From NCBI GenBank assembly GCA_051294375.1, contig CM119271.1, positions 12,121,620-12,185,619 on the forward strand: a stretch of DNA of 64,000 nt, in the 5' to 3' direction. Source of the DNA: Paraspadella gotoi (Eukaryota; Animalia; Chaetognatha). Within the stretch, counting starts at the first letter, position 1. Each line of letters opens with the position of its first letter. Shown here piece after piece: positions 41,946 through 56,029 of this stretch. The notes beneath the pieces were generated by a model. That model saw only the letters and a list, made by a program, of their open reading frames with translations, did not search any database and had not been told where the DNA came from. The position numbers and the translations under genes were made by a program.

Positions 41946-41993
41946 AACGTATTTACCAAAGTTCATAGTAAATATTCGTCGTCGCCCGTCGTC

Positions 41994-42177
41994 ATGGCAA
42001 CCGCGACGGATTCTCCGAAATTCGAAAAGAGAGGGCGCGACGGTCGAGCGACGCCGGACACAGGTCGCGATGCCAAATCGACGCCCGAGAGAGGGCGCAG
42101 CAAAAAACGCTCAAATTACAAGAATCGAAAAAAGTCTGTGGATTGTGAAACTCAGACGGATTTGAGTCTCTTCATTG
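41994..42177 (+). CDS. Putative first coding exon of the MCF2L-like gene; mirror copy at about 51648-51831 (minus)
   Basis: gtcATGG start, 61 codons, and a strong phase-1 donor G|GTGAGC that matches the phase of exon 60847. Confidence 0.5.
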
Positions 42178-42817
42178 GTGAGCGGGTTTAGTCACAGGGT
42201 TGTTTGGCGGCGTTGTTGTTGTTGTTGTAGTTGTTGTAGTAGTAGTTTTGTCATAACTGACTTATTCTTTTTGCAATAGTGGGGCATAGCTAAATGTTCA
42301 CTCCGCCTATAAGCCAGTCTCCTACACTTGAGACATCGAGTAATACCATCAGCTCATGTCCATTAGGTACCGAGATCGAACCCCAATTGTACCAAGATTG
42401 ATCCCCAATTGTACCGAGATCAATTCCCAATGGTGCCTACTAACCCTCACCTCCGACAAAATCGTTAAAACTTAAAATTCCAAATATTTAAAATGGGGGG
42501 GGGGCATTCTGGGAAAATAAGGCCCGAAACGAAACATCTAGCGTTTTATACATATGGCGAAAAGTTTGTCCAAAGTTTGTCCAAAGTTTGTTCAAAGTAA
42601 TTGAAATAGTTTCCGCAGTAGGATTTCCTCTCTTACGCAACTCACCCATCCTCTGCCAACTCACCTGGCCACCTCACCTGGCCACCTCACCCGGCCACCT
42701 CGCTCAGCCTCACCGATGTAGTAAAAACGAGAGTTTGTTTTGTTGTCCTTTCGTTTCCATGGCAACCGAGCTTGGAATCCTTTCGCTTTTTTTTCTAAAC
42801 CGACCTTTTATCTCTCT

Positions 42818-42856
<39 letters not shown>

Positions 42857-42944
42857 CGGGCGGCGCTGCTAAAGATTGTTGGCGCTAATACGCGACGCTG
42901 ATAATTAGCCGAGGCTGGTAATCCGTGTCTTTTTTCCCTGGGGA

Positions 42945-42979
<35 letters not shown>

Positions 42980-43074
42980 TGGAGAAATAGAGAGAAAGAG
43001 ATTGAGAGAGAGAAAGAGAGAGAGAGAGGGAGAGGGGTGCAGAGAGAGTCAGTGAGAAAGGGAGACTTAGAAAG

Positions 43075-43673
43075 TAGACCGTAGTGGAAGTTACGTATGA
43101 AAATTCTATAAGTCAATTCTGACCAAATACTCAGAGTGAACATTAATTTGTAAAAAAAATTAATTTTATGTGTTTTACATTTCGCAGTAGGCTATATTTA
43201 TATATATATATAGTAATATCCTTATAAAATCGAAAAATTTCAAAATAGGCTTTTCTTAATTTTGATTGCAGATTTAAATTCCTCGTCTAAAGTTGATAAA
43301 AGAAAAATATAGCATTTCGCCAAAAATATAATTCATTTTAAAAATCTTTTTTCATTAAAAGGGTTAAAAAAAATTAATATATAAAATTTTAATTTTCAGC
43401 TTAAAATATATTTGATATTTGACCAACTGAATTGAAGAGTTATATTTCTTTATATCAACTTTCATGACGGATCCAAATCTGCAAAAAAAAATATTTTGAA
43501 ATGTTAACATTTATTGGATTAGTGTGTACTATGTATAAATACGGCCTACTGCATAAATTGTAAGATTTAGAATACAAATTTTTTACACATAAATGTTCGT
43601 TAGTATAATGTTATTCGTTCCTCACTTTTAGAATTTTAATTAAAGTTAAATTTAAAAATTTTACTACGCCTTA
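43075..43673 (-). mobile_element. Older hAT MITE copy; mirror copy at 50131-50725
   Basis: Homolog of 26610-27221 with one TIR degenerate and an imperfect TSD (ttagaaag/atagagag). Confidence 0.8.
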
Positions 43674-44278
43674 ATAGAGAGAGAGGGAGAGGGAGAGAGA
43701 GAGGGAGAGGGAGGGAGAGAGAGGGAGAGAGAGGGAGAGAGGAATCTCCTATGGAAATTCATTCGCTTCTCCCTCCGGCATTAATTCTCTTCCTTCAATT
43801 GCAACTGCACTGCTGCACTACTTCACTACTGCGCTGCTGCACTACTGCGCTGCTGCACTGCTGCAGCGCAGAACTGCTACATTGCTAATTACCAGAATCT
43901 GTGGCAGAATTTTAAAAAGAATATCTTTTAAGACTGTAATGAATATTTTTTTATAATTTTTTAAACTTAAACATTCAGGACCGACAAAGTCAGTCTTCCT
44001 GAAAGTTTGTCTCATTTCTTGGAAATGATTCTCATTTTTTTCCTCTTTTTCTTATCTGATTTTTTTGCTATTTTTCTATTATTTTTTTATTTACTTCTCT
44101 ATTTTCGTCTCTAAATTATTTTTTATGTTCTTCTCTATTTTCTTCTTTATTTTCTTCCCTATTTTCTTCTCTATTTTCTATATTCTTCTCTATCACGTGT
44201 TTTTTTCAAGCGAGATTTTAATTTTGTCCTTCCAAGTCTCTTCACTGTTTACAGGCCACTCAAAGGGCATCTGTTACT

Positions 44279-44325
<47 letters not shown>

Positions 44326-45415
44326 CCAACCCTCATGCTTCAATCTCTACCCAATCATCCATCAAATATCTATTTCCTTTTTTGTCAGATTTCAATTTTT
44401 TTTCTTTGACCTTTAGTTCCTGAATTAATGGTTCAAATCCAGAATTAGTAACACGAGATAAAGAGATTATTCCTTGACTATATTTTCTAAAAGAGCCCTA
44501 TTTCAGCTTAAATTCAGAATTAAATTAGTTTTTAGGTTTTAAATTTTAGTTAGGGGTTACCGTTTGTGCCTCTCTCGATTTGCTGTACTTATTCGTTGAC
44601 TGACTTTTGGTTTCATTAAAGGACGCTAAGAATTTGGAACTGGTTGGTAAGTTTATTTATCAACAAATTGGCGACGAAGAACGGAGATAAAAGTTTGAGT
44701 TTATAAAAACGGTGGATGAAATTAATGAGTTTAATTTCGACGATAAAAGGTTAAAAACGTGAGATTAAAAATGAATTTAAAAACGAGATTAAAATGACTT
44801 TAAATTAAATGTTTACATAAATATTGGATGAGGGGAGGGGAAGAAATTCTCCGCGCCGTCAGAGGAACCCTTGTTAAAGGCTCTCCCCCCTCCTTCTGCT
44901 GACCAGCGGAGGTCCTCCTTTCACGCTTGAGTCTTTTACCAGCAGGTTTCTTTGTCAGGTTCCGACATTTACAACTTGTCTGACTGTCAACAAGGTCAGT
45001 CAGTCTGTTATTCATGGTTTCAGTTCTTTTCTTACGTCTTCTTTTGGCATTACATCGCCTACATGACCTTTGCTTTTTCTCTGGGTCATGCTTCAAGGCG
45101 GAGCCCCCTCCATCAGCAGATTCCAGCTCTGGAACAGGCGGAGCAGCACCTTTGAAGGAGGTTTGCTGCAAATCTACTGACGGGGCGAAATCATGCTTTT
45201 CTTTTGAAAATTCAACCTTCTTTACAGTAGAAGATGGATTCTGGGAAATCAAAGCAGACAGAACTGGTCCTGGAAGGCTTTTCTTCCCGGTCACAGTCCA
45301 GCCCCAAAGTGTGCACAAGGCTGTCAATCCAGACTTGCCACCTCTTCGGAGGTTCACTACAGATCGGCATCGACCTGCAGGTTCAAACTCCTCAGATAGG
45401 CTTATCGGAGCAGCT

Positions 45416-48400
45416 GCCTGGCCATTCGCCCCGTTTCTCGCGAAGAAATTGATCGAATGTGAAGAAGATATCGCGATTATTTTTAACGTTTGAAACGTCG
45501 CGAGAGAGAGAGATTAGTGCCTCTCGAAAGACCCGGACGTTAAACGCTTTTAACTCACAGCGTTGGAAGTTTAATTTAAAGTCATTTTAATCTCGTTTTT
45601 AAATTCATTTTTAATCTCACGTTTTTAACCTTTTATCGTCGAAATTAAACTCATTAATTTCATCACCGTTTTTATAAACCTCAACTTTTATTCCGTTCTT
45701 CGTCGCCAATTTGTTGATAAATAAACTTACCAACCAGTTCCAAATTCTTAGCGTCCTTTAATGAAACCAAAAGTCAGTCAACGAATAAGTACAGCAAATC
45801 GAGAGAGGCAAACAAATTAAAAACGTTGTCCATCGACCTCCTGGACATTAAAAAACGTTGTCCATCGAACTACTGGACATTAAAAGCGTGGCGTCGAATT
45901 TAAAACTTCGAACGTAAAATTGAACTGGAACTACAAGGCCGGCTGGCAAAGAATGAAACCGCCGATTAAACTCGAAATGGTCGGTGATGAAGGAAACTTT
46001 CGCCGAAAATTGATTCGTCATCGCGTTACGTCGTGTGGAGAGACTGTGAAAAGACTGTATCACTGGTGAGAGACTGTGCATCTGAAACTCGTCGTCGTTC
46101 GAATAAACGTGCGCTGCGGCCTTCATTTGATGCTGGGGACCCCTGAACCCCCCGGCCTAGACTCCCGACGCCCAAGCAATCAAAAATTCGACAGGCAGCG
46201 ACGACGGTCGGATCTGGTCCCGACCTTTCTCTCTTGCTCTCCCTCGACGTTCCTTGGACGCGCGGCGACGACTGACCCGGAGGTTTTTCAACCTCTGGTC
46301 TACCCTTTGATTGAAGACGTTGGCTGACGAAAGAATTTGAATTTTAAGAATTGACGGCTGAAGCCGCGCCGCCAGTTTGCTTTGCAACTCAGCACTGGAG
46401 ACGGCGCTGCTCGCCCTTTTGAATTTTGATTTGGACGAGATTCTCATCTTTTTAATTTTGTTTTTTCTCTTCCTTACCCCAGACAGAACCCCATGGCTTC
46501 GACCTCACTTCACTGGTCGCCGCACCTTCAGCCTGACGAGGAGCTGAGGGTTGCCCATCAGGCCCTGGCTGAGGAACTGTACCTGGTGGAAAAGGAAGGA
46601 AAACCGCCTGACCAATGCGCCCCGGATCCATGTTGTCACAGCTCTATGGTGCTGGAGAAAAAGAACTTGGACAGAATGATGAACCATGAAGTAAGTGCGG
46701 CAAGGGCTACACTGAAGGCATGGGAAAATTTGATGGCATTGAAAGGAGTACCTATGGTCCCAACTATTTTGTCCTCAGCTTGTGAGACCTTGGATATCCC
46801 TTTTGGTCAAGGTGCAGTGAGGCCTGTTCCTGTTCAGGAATTTAAGGAGCCGCTGCAGATTGAAAAGGTTGTTCCAAAGGTTGGATTTTCCCTTGGTTGT
46901 ATCTCTTCTGATGTGCTGAGTCAAGGAAGTATTAGAGATGGTACTGTGATGTCGCATGCCATTCCTAAGCTGAGCGGAATCAAAGCCGCCCTTGCAAGGC
47001 CACTGAGGGACAATCTTCCCACTCAAGCAGGCAGTCAAGGAGTGAGAGGGAGCGGGGGTCATCCAGCTTGGTACTGTAAAAAGATTTGATGAGCAAGAAT
47101 TTGCCCTGTCCTCTAAGTCTTATGAACAGAAGAAGATAGAGGTTGAAGACAGAAAGAGAGAGTATGAAAAGGAAAAGCTGGAACTAGAAGAAAGGCTCAG
47201 AGAATTGAATGAAAAGAGAAAAGCCAGAAAGAAGGAAGAAAGGAGAAGGAAAGCCTCCAAGGAAAAAAAGGTTTAGATAAGAAAGGAACTAAGGCTAGGT
47301 CACAAATGACAACTCAGGATTAGTTGAATATTTGCAAAAAAACGCTCCTCTGAGAAAAAAGATGTATTTGTGATAATGATAAATGTATGACCTCTCCCAG
47401 CTCTGCTGAAGCTCAGGAGTTGAAGTCTTTTGGAAATCCAGAGACTGTTTTCCCTCCTCAGTGATGGCACTTCCATCAATGCTGAAGATAAAGAACAGAA
47501 AAACTGCTCAATCAAAATGTGATTTAGGATCTGTTGGTACCGCCTCTTCCAGTAAATCTGATGCAGAGGATTGGAATCCAGATCAAAGTATTGAAGAAAA
47601 TGTGATCTCCTCCAGTAAAGAGCCCAAGACTACCACTGTCGAGATGGATCCTAAAACTAAGATGGCAGATAATGACTGTCAGCATTTGGCCAGTCTGACT
47701 AACCCTTTGGAAAATGTTCATGTCTTGGCGGATTACCCAGCCATGCTGAATGTCCAGAGAGTTGAGCCTGAATTGATACCTCCACTCACCCCTGGTGTGT
47801 CGATTGTGACCCATTCTGACACAAATTTTCCAACTGCAGTGACCCTGGAGAGAGAAAGCTGACTGATCAGCAAAACCCGGACTCCAGGCCAGAATTTGGT
47901 GACTCACCTTTTAAAAAAGGTAGGTCAAGTACCTAAGAAAAGAATTGACGGGATCTTGACAGAGGATCTGCAGCATAACTCGTTTGGAGAAGCTGCTCAG
48001 CTTATGAGGTTGGCCAGGGTGGTGATTTTCCCACTCTTCCATCTACTGAGTTGGAAACTGCTGATCAATTAGGTTTTTCCAGGCAGAATTGCCTGAATGA
48101 GAATCTAGAGTTGAAGAGAAATCGGGACAAGGTTGTAGCAGACATGCCTGCTAGCCATGATGCCCGGACTCTAGAGAACATAGAAATTGCGAAGTACCCC
48201 CAGTCAGAGTCAGACAGAAATGAAACTGATGAGATTATTGGTGCTGATCTCTGGCCACACTACTATGGTAAAGTTGAAAATGTCACTGGTTTGGGAAGCT
48301 TGCCTTCTGAGTCAGGAGGCTTGAGGCCCAACCAGTCTGATATAGAAGACGCTGAAGATGATTGTCAGCAGCAGGCTGCTCCGATAAGCCTATCTGAGGA

Positions 48401-49227
48401 GTTTGAACCTGCAGGTCGATGCCGATCTGTAGTGAACCTCCGAAGAGGTGGCAAGTCTGGATTGACAGCCTTGTGCACACTTTGGGGCTGGACTGTGACC
48501 GGAAGAAAAGCCTTCCAGACCAGTTCTGTCTGCTTTGATTTCCCAGAATCCATCTTCTACTGTAAAGAAGGTTGAATTTTCAAAAGAAAAAGCATGATTT
48601 CGCCCCGTCAGTAGATTTGCAGCAAACCTCCTTCAAAGGTGCTGCTCCGCCTGTTCCAGAGCTGGAAATCTGCTGATGGAGGGGGCTCCGCCTTGAAGCA
48701 TGACCCAGAGAAAAAGCAAAGGTCATGTAGGCGATGTAATGCCAAAAGAAGACGTAAGAAAAGAACTGAAACCATGAATAACAGACTGACTGACCTTGTT
48801 GACAGTCAGACAAGTTGTAAATGTCGGAACCTGACAAAGAAACCTGCTGGTAAAAGACTCAAGCGTGAAAGGAGGACCTCCGCTGGTCAGCAGAAGGAGG
48901 GGGGAGAGCCTTTAACAAGGGTTCCTCTGACGGCGCGGAGAATTTCTTCCCCTCCCCTCATCCAATATTTATGTAAACATTTAATTTAAAGTCATTTTAA
49001 TCTCGTTTTTAAATTCATTTTTAATCTCACGTTTTTAACCTTTTATCGTCGAAATTAAACTCATTAATTTCATCCACCGTTTTTATAAACTCAAACTTTT
49101 ATCTCCGTTCTTCGTCGCCAATTTGTTGATAAATAAACTTACCAACCAGTTCCAAATTCTTAGCGTCCTTTAATGAAACCAAAAGTCAGTCAACGAATAA
49201 GTACAGCAAATCGAGAGAGGCACAAAC
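45416..49227 (+). mobile_element. Degenerate BEL/Pao-like LTR retrotransposon remnant (no RT or integrase visible)
   Basis: A ~245-bp direct terminal repeat (about 45570-45815 and 48982-49227) brackets a frameshifted gag-like coiled-coil ORF. The motif DEIIGADLW..YYG..RRGGKSGLTALCTLWGWTVTG resembles the LIGAD...T.LGW...G segment after the BEL/Pao protease. Confidence 0.62.
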
Positions 49228-49470
49228 GGTAACCCCTAACTAAAATTTAAAACCTAAAAACTAATTTAATTCTGAATTTAAGCTGAAATAGGGCTCTTTT
49301 AGAAAATATAGTCAAGGAATAATCTCTTTATCTCGTGTTACTAATTCTGGATTTGAACCATTAATTCAGGAACTAAAGGTCAAAGAAAAAAAATTGAAAT
49401 CTGACAAAAAAGGAAATAGATATTTGATGGATGATTGGGTAGAGATTGAAGCATGAGGGTTGGTGGAGAG

Positions 49471-49544
<74 letters not shown>

Positions 49545-50822
49545 ACAGATGCCCTTTGAGTGGCCTGTAAAACGTGAAGAGACTTGGAAGGACAAAATTA
49601 AAATCTCGCTTGAAAAAAACACGTGATAGAGAAGAATATAGAAAATAGAGAAGAAAATAGGGAAGAAAATAAAGAAGAAAATAGAGAAGAACATAAAAAA
49701 TAATTTAGAGACGAAAATAGAGAAGTAAATAAAAAAATAATAGAAAAATAGCAAAAAAATCAGATAAGAAAAAGAGGAAAAAATGAGAATCATTTCCAAG
49801 AAATGAGACAAACTTTAGAAGACTGACTTTGTCGGTCCTGAATGTTTAAGTTTAAAAAATTATAAAAAATATTCATTACAGTCTTAAAAGATATTCTTTT
49901 TAAAATTCTGCCACAGATTCTGGTAATTAGCAATGTAGCAGTTCTGCGCTGCACGCAGATGTGCAGCAGCGCATGTAGTGAAGTAGTGGCAGCAGTGCAG
50001 TTGCAATTGAAGGAAGAGATTAATGCCGGAGGGAGAAGCGAATGAATTTCCATAGGAGATTCCTCTCTCCCTCTCTCTCCCTCTCCTCCCTCCCTCTCCC
50101 TCTCTCTCTCCCTCTCCCCTCTCTCTCTATTAAGGCGTAGTAAAATTTTTAAATTAACTTTAATTAAAATTCTAAAAGTGAGGAACGAATAACATTATAC
50201 TAACGAACATTTATGTGTAAAAAATTTGTATTCTAAATCTTACAATTTATGCAGTAGGCCGTATTTATACATAGTACACACTAATCCAATAAATGTTAAC
50301 ATTTCAAAATATTTTTTTTGCAGATTTGGATCCGTCATGAAAGTTGATATAAAGAAATATAACTCTCAATTCAGTTGGTCAAATATCAAATATATTTTAA
50401 GCTGAAAATTAAAATTTTATATATTAATTTTTTTTAACCCTTTTAATGAAAAAGATTTTTAAAATGAATTATATTTTTGGCGAAATGCTATATTTTTCTT
50501 TTATCAACTTTAGACGAGGAATTTAAATCTGCAATCAAAATTAAGAAAAGCCTATTTTGAAATTTTTCGATTTATAAGGATATTACTATATATATATATA
50601 AATATAGCCTACTGCGAAATGTAAAACACATAAAATTAATTTTTTTTACAAATTAATGTTCACTCTGAGTATTTGGTCAGAATTGACTTAATAGAATTTT
50701 CATACGTAACTTCCACTACGGTCTACTTTCTAAGCTCTCCTTTCTCACTGACTCTCTCTGCACCCCTCTCCCTCTCTCTCTCTCTCTTTCTCTCTCTCAA
50801 TCTCTTTCTCTCTATTTCTCCA

Positions 50823-50855
<33 letters not shown>

Positions 50856-50943
50856 TCCCCAGGGAAAAAAGACACGGATTACCAGCCTCGGCTAATTATC
50901 AGCGTCGCGTATTAGCGCCAACAATCTTTAGCAGCGCCGCCCG

Positions 50944-51006
<63 letters not shown>

Positions 51007-52895
51007 AGAGAGATAAAAGGTCGGTTTAGAAAAAAAGCGAAAGGATTCCAAGCTCGGTTGCCATGGAAACGAAAGGACAACAAAACAAACTCTCGTTTTT
51101 ACTACATCGGTGAGGCTGAGCGAGGTGGCCGGGTGAGGTGGCCAGGTGAGGTGGCCAGGTGAGTTGGCAGAGGATGGGTGAGTTGCGTAAGAGAGGAAAT
51201 CCTACTGCGGAAACTATTTCAATTACTTTGAACAAACTTTGGACAAACTTTGGACAAACTTTTCGCCATATGTATAAAACGCTAGATGTTTCGTTTCGGG
51301 CCTTATTTTCCCAGAATGCCCCCCCCCCATTTTAAATATTTGGAATTTTAAGTTTTAACGATTTTGTCGGAGGTGAGGGTTAGTAGGCACCATTGGGAAA
51401 TTGATCTCGGTACAATTGGGGATCAATCTTGGTACAATTGGGGTTCGATCTCGGTACCTAATGGACATGACTGATGGTATTACTCGATGTCTCAAGTGTA
51501 GGAGACTGGCTTATAGGCGGAGTGAACATTTAGCTATGCCCCACTATTGCAAAAAGATAAAGTCAGTTATGACAAAACTACTACTACAACAACTACAACA
51601 ACAACAACAACGCCGCCAAACAACCCTGTGACTAAACCCGCTCACCAATGAAGAGACTCAAATCCGTCTGAGTTTCACAATCCACAGACTTTTTTCTGAT
51701 TCTTGTAATTTGAGCGTTTTTTGCTGCGCCCCTCTCTCGGGCGTCGATTTGGCATCGCGACCTGTGTCCGGCGTCGCTCGACCGTCGCGCCCTCTCTTTT
51801 CGAATTTCGGAGAATCCGTCGCGGTTGCCATGACGACGGGCGACGACGAATTATTACTAGAACTTTGGTAAATACGTTTGTTAGTTGGTTAGTTAGTTAG
51901 CTTAGTTAGTTAGTTAGTCTCTTAGTTAGTTAGTTAGTCTGTTAGTTAGTCTGTTATTTAGTTAATTAGTCTGTTAGTTAGTTCGTTAGTTAGTAAGTCT
52001 GTTAGTTAGTTAGTTAGTCTGTTAGTTAGTTAGTATTTTATTCTGTTAGTTAATTAGTTAGTTAGTTAGATAGTTAGTTATTCTGTTAGTTAGTTTGTTA
52101 GTTAGTCTGTTAGTTAGTTTAGTTAGTTAGGTAGTTTAGTTAGCTCTATCGTTAGTAGTATTCAATTCATTCTTAAACCCGAGCACGAGTTGTTTTTCAG
52201 ATTCGGTGACGTTTTATTTTTGGTTAAATTCGATCCTTTTTCCCCGAGGTGGACCTTTTTAGAAATTTGACTTTATGTCGCTTTTTTTTTTCTTTCTCAA
52301 TCGAATTTAAAATTATATTTCAAAGTCATACGTAAAAAGTTTCCAGGATTTTCTTTCTTTCTTTTTTTCTCCTTTTCTTTTTTTTCGTCTTTTTTTTTTG
52401 TTTTTATTCGCGAAAAAAAAAAATATTTGGAGTCAATAGTCAAAAGTCAGGAATGCGAATAAATAAACTCTAAAGGATCCGAACTTTTTGTTTAGCTATT
52501 TTTAACGACATAGAATTTCGATCGTTTGGATTCTATCATTTTAATTGTAACAAAATTATATCATTATTTGTCGCGCTTGTAATATTCTTTCCGTACGATT
52601 TCTTTGGAAGAAGAATCATTGTTGTTTCAGATTTTTGAAAAATTTGGGTTTTTTTTTCCTTTATTTTATTTGTTTATTTATTCATTTGGCTTTGTTTATT
52701 ATTTTGGGGGTATTTTAAAATATTATTGCGCGATATCTATCCGTAAGAAGTTATTTAAAGAAAAAACTGTTTAAAATATAAATAGTGTAATAAATCCCTT
52801 TTACTATAATTATAATCATATTAATGGAGTTTTAATCTAAGACGAATATCAAAAAAAAATGTCACTTCCTTGGAATTATTATTGATTGTCGAATC

Positions 52896-52988
<93 letters not shown>

Positions 52989-54494
52989 GTCAATGCGGGT
53001 TTTCCTTGGTATTTTACAACACTCAACGTGGCCTTACTTGTTGTTGTTTGTTGTCGTCGTCGTTTGAAAAAAAACTTTTAATTTCGGGTGAAACATGCGC
53101 ACCCAATTTTCGCTTTGCTTTGTAAACGCAGCCTTTAGTTTTGTACATTCAATCGTTAGTTTTTGTCCACGTAGCTATTAAATATTTTCAAACCCGCAGC
53201 CTTCAGATTTGTATATGCAACCATTAGTTTTGCAAACGCGGCCTCTTAGTTTTGGCAGCTTTTAGCTTTGAGACTTAGAGCCCTTAACTTAGTTCGTACA
53301 GCCTTCGCCATGTACGTCCAAGCTTTGTTAACTTTAACATTCAGATTTAAGCCTTGTACACTCGGCTTTTAGCTTTGAGACTTTGAGCCCTTAACTTAGT
53401 TCTTCAGCCTTCAGCCCTGTACGTCCTAGCTTTGTTAACTTTTAAAATTCAGCTTTAAGCCTTGTACATCGAGCTTTTTTACTTTATGCGTTCCGGCTTG
53501 GGTTCGGTCCAAACGGCATTCAGCGACAATCAGCTTTCTGTGCAGATTTTGCGCACGAAATTGTTTTNNNNNNNNNNNNNNNNNNNNNNNNNAAGCATAA
53601 ATTAAACTTGAGCAACTTTAAACAGTTAAAATACGAGCCCTGTTTTCTTTTGTTTGTTCAGTTACGTAATCAGGGAGACATTTTCTTTTCTAATTCTACA
53701 AAGTCACTGGCTGTCGTCGTCGTCGTCGTCGCATTCGGATTTGACGCGTTGCCAGGCGACGGGGCAAAATGCCTGACTTTTGTTTGCTCGAAAAACAAAA
53801 GTGCACCCATAATAGTAATACATAAGCCGGCTCCATCTTAGCATCCTACGTCGTTAACATTTTATGTGTCGAATTTTATTATATCGTAAAAATAATATAA
53901 TATTAAATAACAAAAGATAGAGAGAGATAGTTGTTTTTGTTGTGCTCGCGTCCCAACTCTATAGCTTACTTGTATGTTATTGAAGCAAAACTTTAATCAA
54001 ATTAAATTTCAGTTATAGTTAATTTGTATTAAGACTTAAATATTGAATATTAAATATAATAATATAAATATATTTAATATAATAATATTAAATATAATTA
54101 CCTGTGACGAAAGAGAATCGAGTTCTGATCAAATGTCGGCGACTTCGTTGATGTTTGGTTGCGACGCAGAGATGGCGTTGAGGTCCTCATCGCCGGACGG
54201 ATCTGGGGTTTGGAAGAGGTCGTCGACAAATGGAGGGATGTGGAAGGGGGAGAAAAGACAATTGTTTAATTCAAAATCAAATTATAAATCTTAAAACGTA
54301 TCAAACAATTTTACTGGCAAGATCACTATACTAAGAATTTTTTTTGTTTTATGTTATAAATCTGTTGTAATATGTGATAATCACAAATAAAAAGACTCAT
54401 CATGACTTATCATCTATTAGCTGCTTACCACTAAGTTATTACACATAATCACCACTAAATTATCCGACATTGTTTGCTCAAACTTATTTTTTAA

Positions 54495-55340
54495 GGGGAC
54501 CAAGTGAACAGGGGGGTAAAAAGCTGAAAACATAACGTTTGACCCTTTAACTTTTTTTTTATAATCATTTGGGAAAGTAGTTAAAAAATTTGATAAAATC
54601 AGCAAGCTTAATTTTCTTTAAAAAATCGGTAAGAAGAAAATCTTTTTCAAGTTTTAAATTTTTTTTTCTAAAAAAGGGTAAGATCTAATTTTAAAAGATT
54701 TTCAGCTTTTATCACAAAAATTTATAAGAAAAAAACTAGAAAAGAATCTAAATTTAAGGTATCGACTGATTTTATTTAAAGTTTTTTTCAAATAATTCTG
54801 TTAATTGGATGAAAATAAAACTCTTTGAAGTAATATAATATAAAAAAAAAGAAAGATTCTGTACTTTTGCTAAATTTTTAATTGTTATAATTAGGAATCA
54901 ATATAGTTTAATAATACATTTAAGGGATGAATATGAATATTAATTAATAATTATTACAGTTTTGTTTCTGTAAGAATAGAATTTAGGTTTGATTTGTCTG
55001 CTTTTAAGTAAATATAAAATATAAAAATATTAGTCTTGTAAAGCCTTTGTTCAATGAGGCTTAAACCTAAAATTGTAGCTTTGTACAGTAAAAAATAAAA
55101 ATTTGGAATTTAGTAAAAAATATTTTTTAATGCAAAAATAAAATAATGGATTATATAAATATTTAAGTAGGGTCAACTAAATGTTTCTTTCATAATTATT
55201 AAATTTTTGTTTCCGCTACAATAAGAGATAGGAATTTTTTGCTACTTTCCCGTGCAAAGAAAAATTAATGACTATAACCATTCAAATTCCTTTGATGATA
55301 GACCCTTAAGCTTATGATATCATTTTTATCACTGGGTCCC
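54495..55340. mobile_element. TTAA-flanked non-autonomous DNA transposon (Kolobok-like); mirror copy at 59678-60554
   Basis: TTAA|GGGGACCAAGTGA...TCACTGGGTCCC|TTAA. The same terminus occurs alone at 27720-27746. Confidence 0.7.
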
Positions 55341-56029
55341 TTAAAAGAGATCAGTTTTAAAATTTTCAAATATTTAAATGAGAATCAATGTTTAAAATAT
55401 AAAATTAAAAATTAAAAAACTTTTAATGAAAAATATTAAGAAATTAACAAAAAAAACACTGCGCCCTCTATATCGAATTTTAATCAAAACAAAAAACTCA
55501 TATTCTGCCATTCTGCCATATTTCTTTGCTATTCTGCAGAGCCTCGTTTTCGTTCTCGATGTTCTTTTTGTCGGGAGAATAATATCGATATTCGAATACA
55601 GAGGACGCCACGAGTCGAAAAGGTGCGACATGAATAGATGAGATTATGAGAAAAAAAGGTTCTTTTTGAAAGGCGATGAAAAGGTGAACAAAATGAATTC
55701 ACAGTTGAACAGAAAAGGATAAGAAAAGGAAAGGGAAAGAAAGGAAAGGAAAGGAAAAGAAGGAAAGGAAAGGAGAGGAAAGAGAAGGAAAGGAAAGGAG
55801 AGGAAAGGAAAGGAAAGGAAAGGTTTCCCGAAACCACACCAAGTGAACTTAATTTTAATACTAATATTTAACCCTAATATTTTATCAAATACTATAAATA
55901 ATCTCTAACCATAATCAAATTATTAATTTTTAACCAAATCTTTAACCAAATTACTAGCCTTATTCCCTATCCGTAACTGTTACGCCGGTCATGACAAGAC
56001 ACGACCGTGGCCGTGGGACACGACGAGTT

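Larger units (their letters stand above)
40196..53567. repeat. Large inverted repeat 1: arms 40196-~45415 and ~48374-53567 around a 3-kb spacer
   Basis: The arms are near-identical reverse complements. The right arm ends at the N-gap 53568-53592. Confidence 0.95.

Noticed and set aside
45416-48373. Recombinase-driven phase-variation switch
   Set aside because: Only 7 bp of inverted microhomology, imprecise junctions with a deletion and an insertion, and no recombinase nearby; a one-off repair event fits better.
54102-54203. Second MCF2L exon copy as a separate minus-strand gene
   Set aside because: Mirror copy inside the inverted arm, carrying a 1-nt deletion; explained by the inversion/assembly model.
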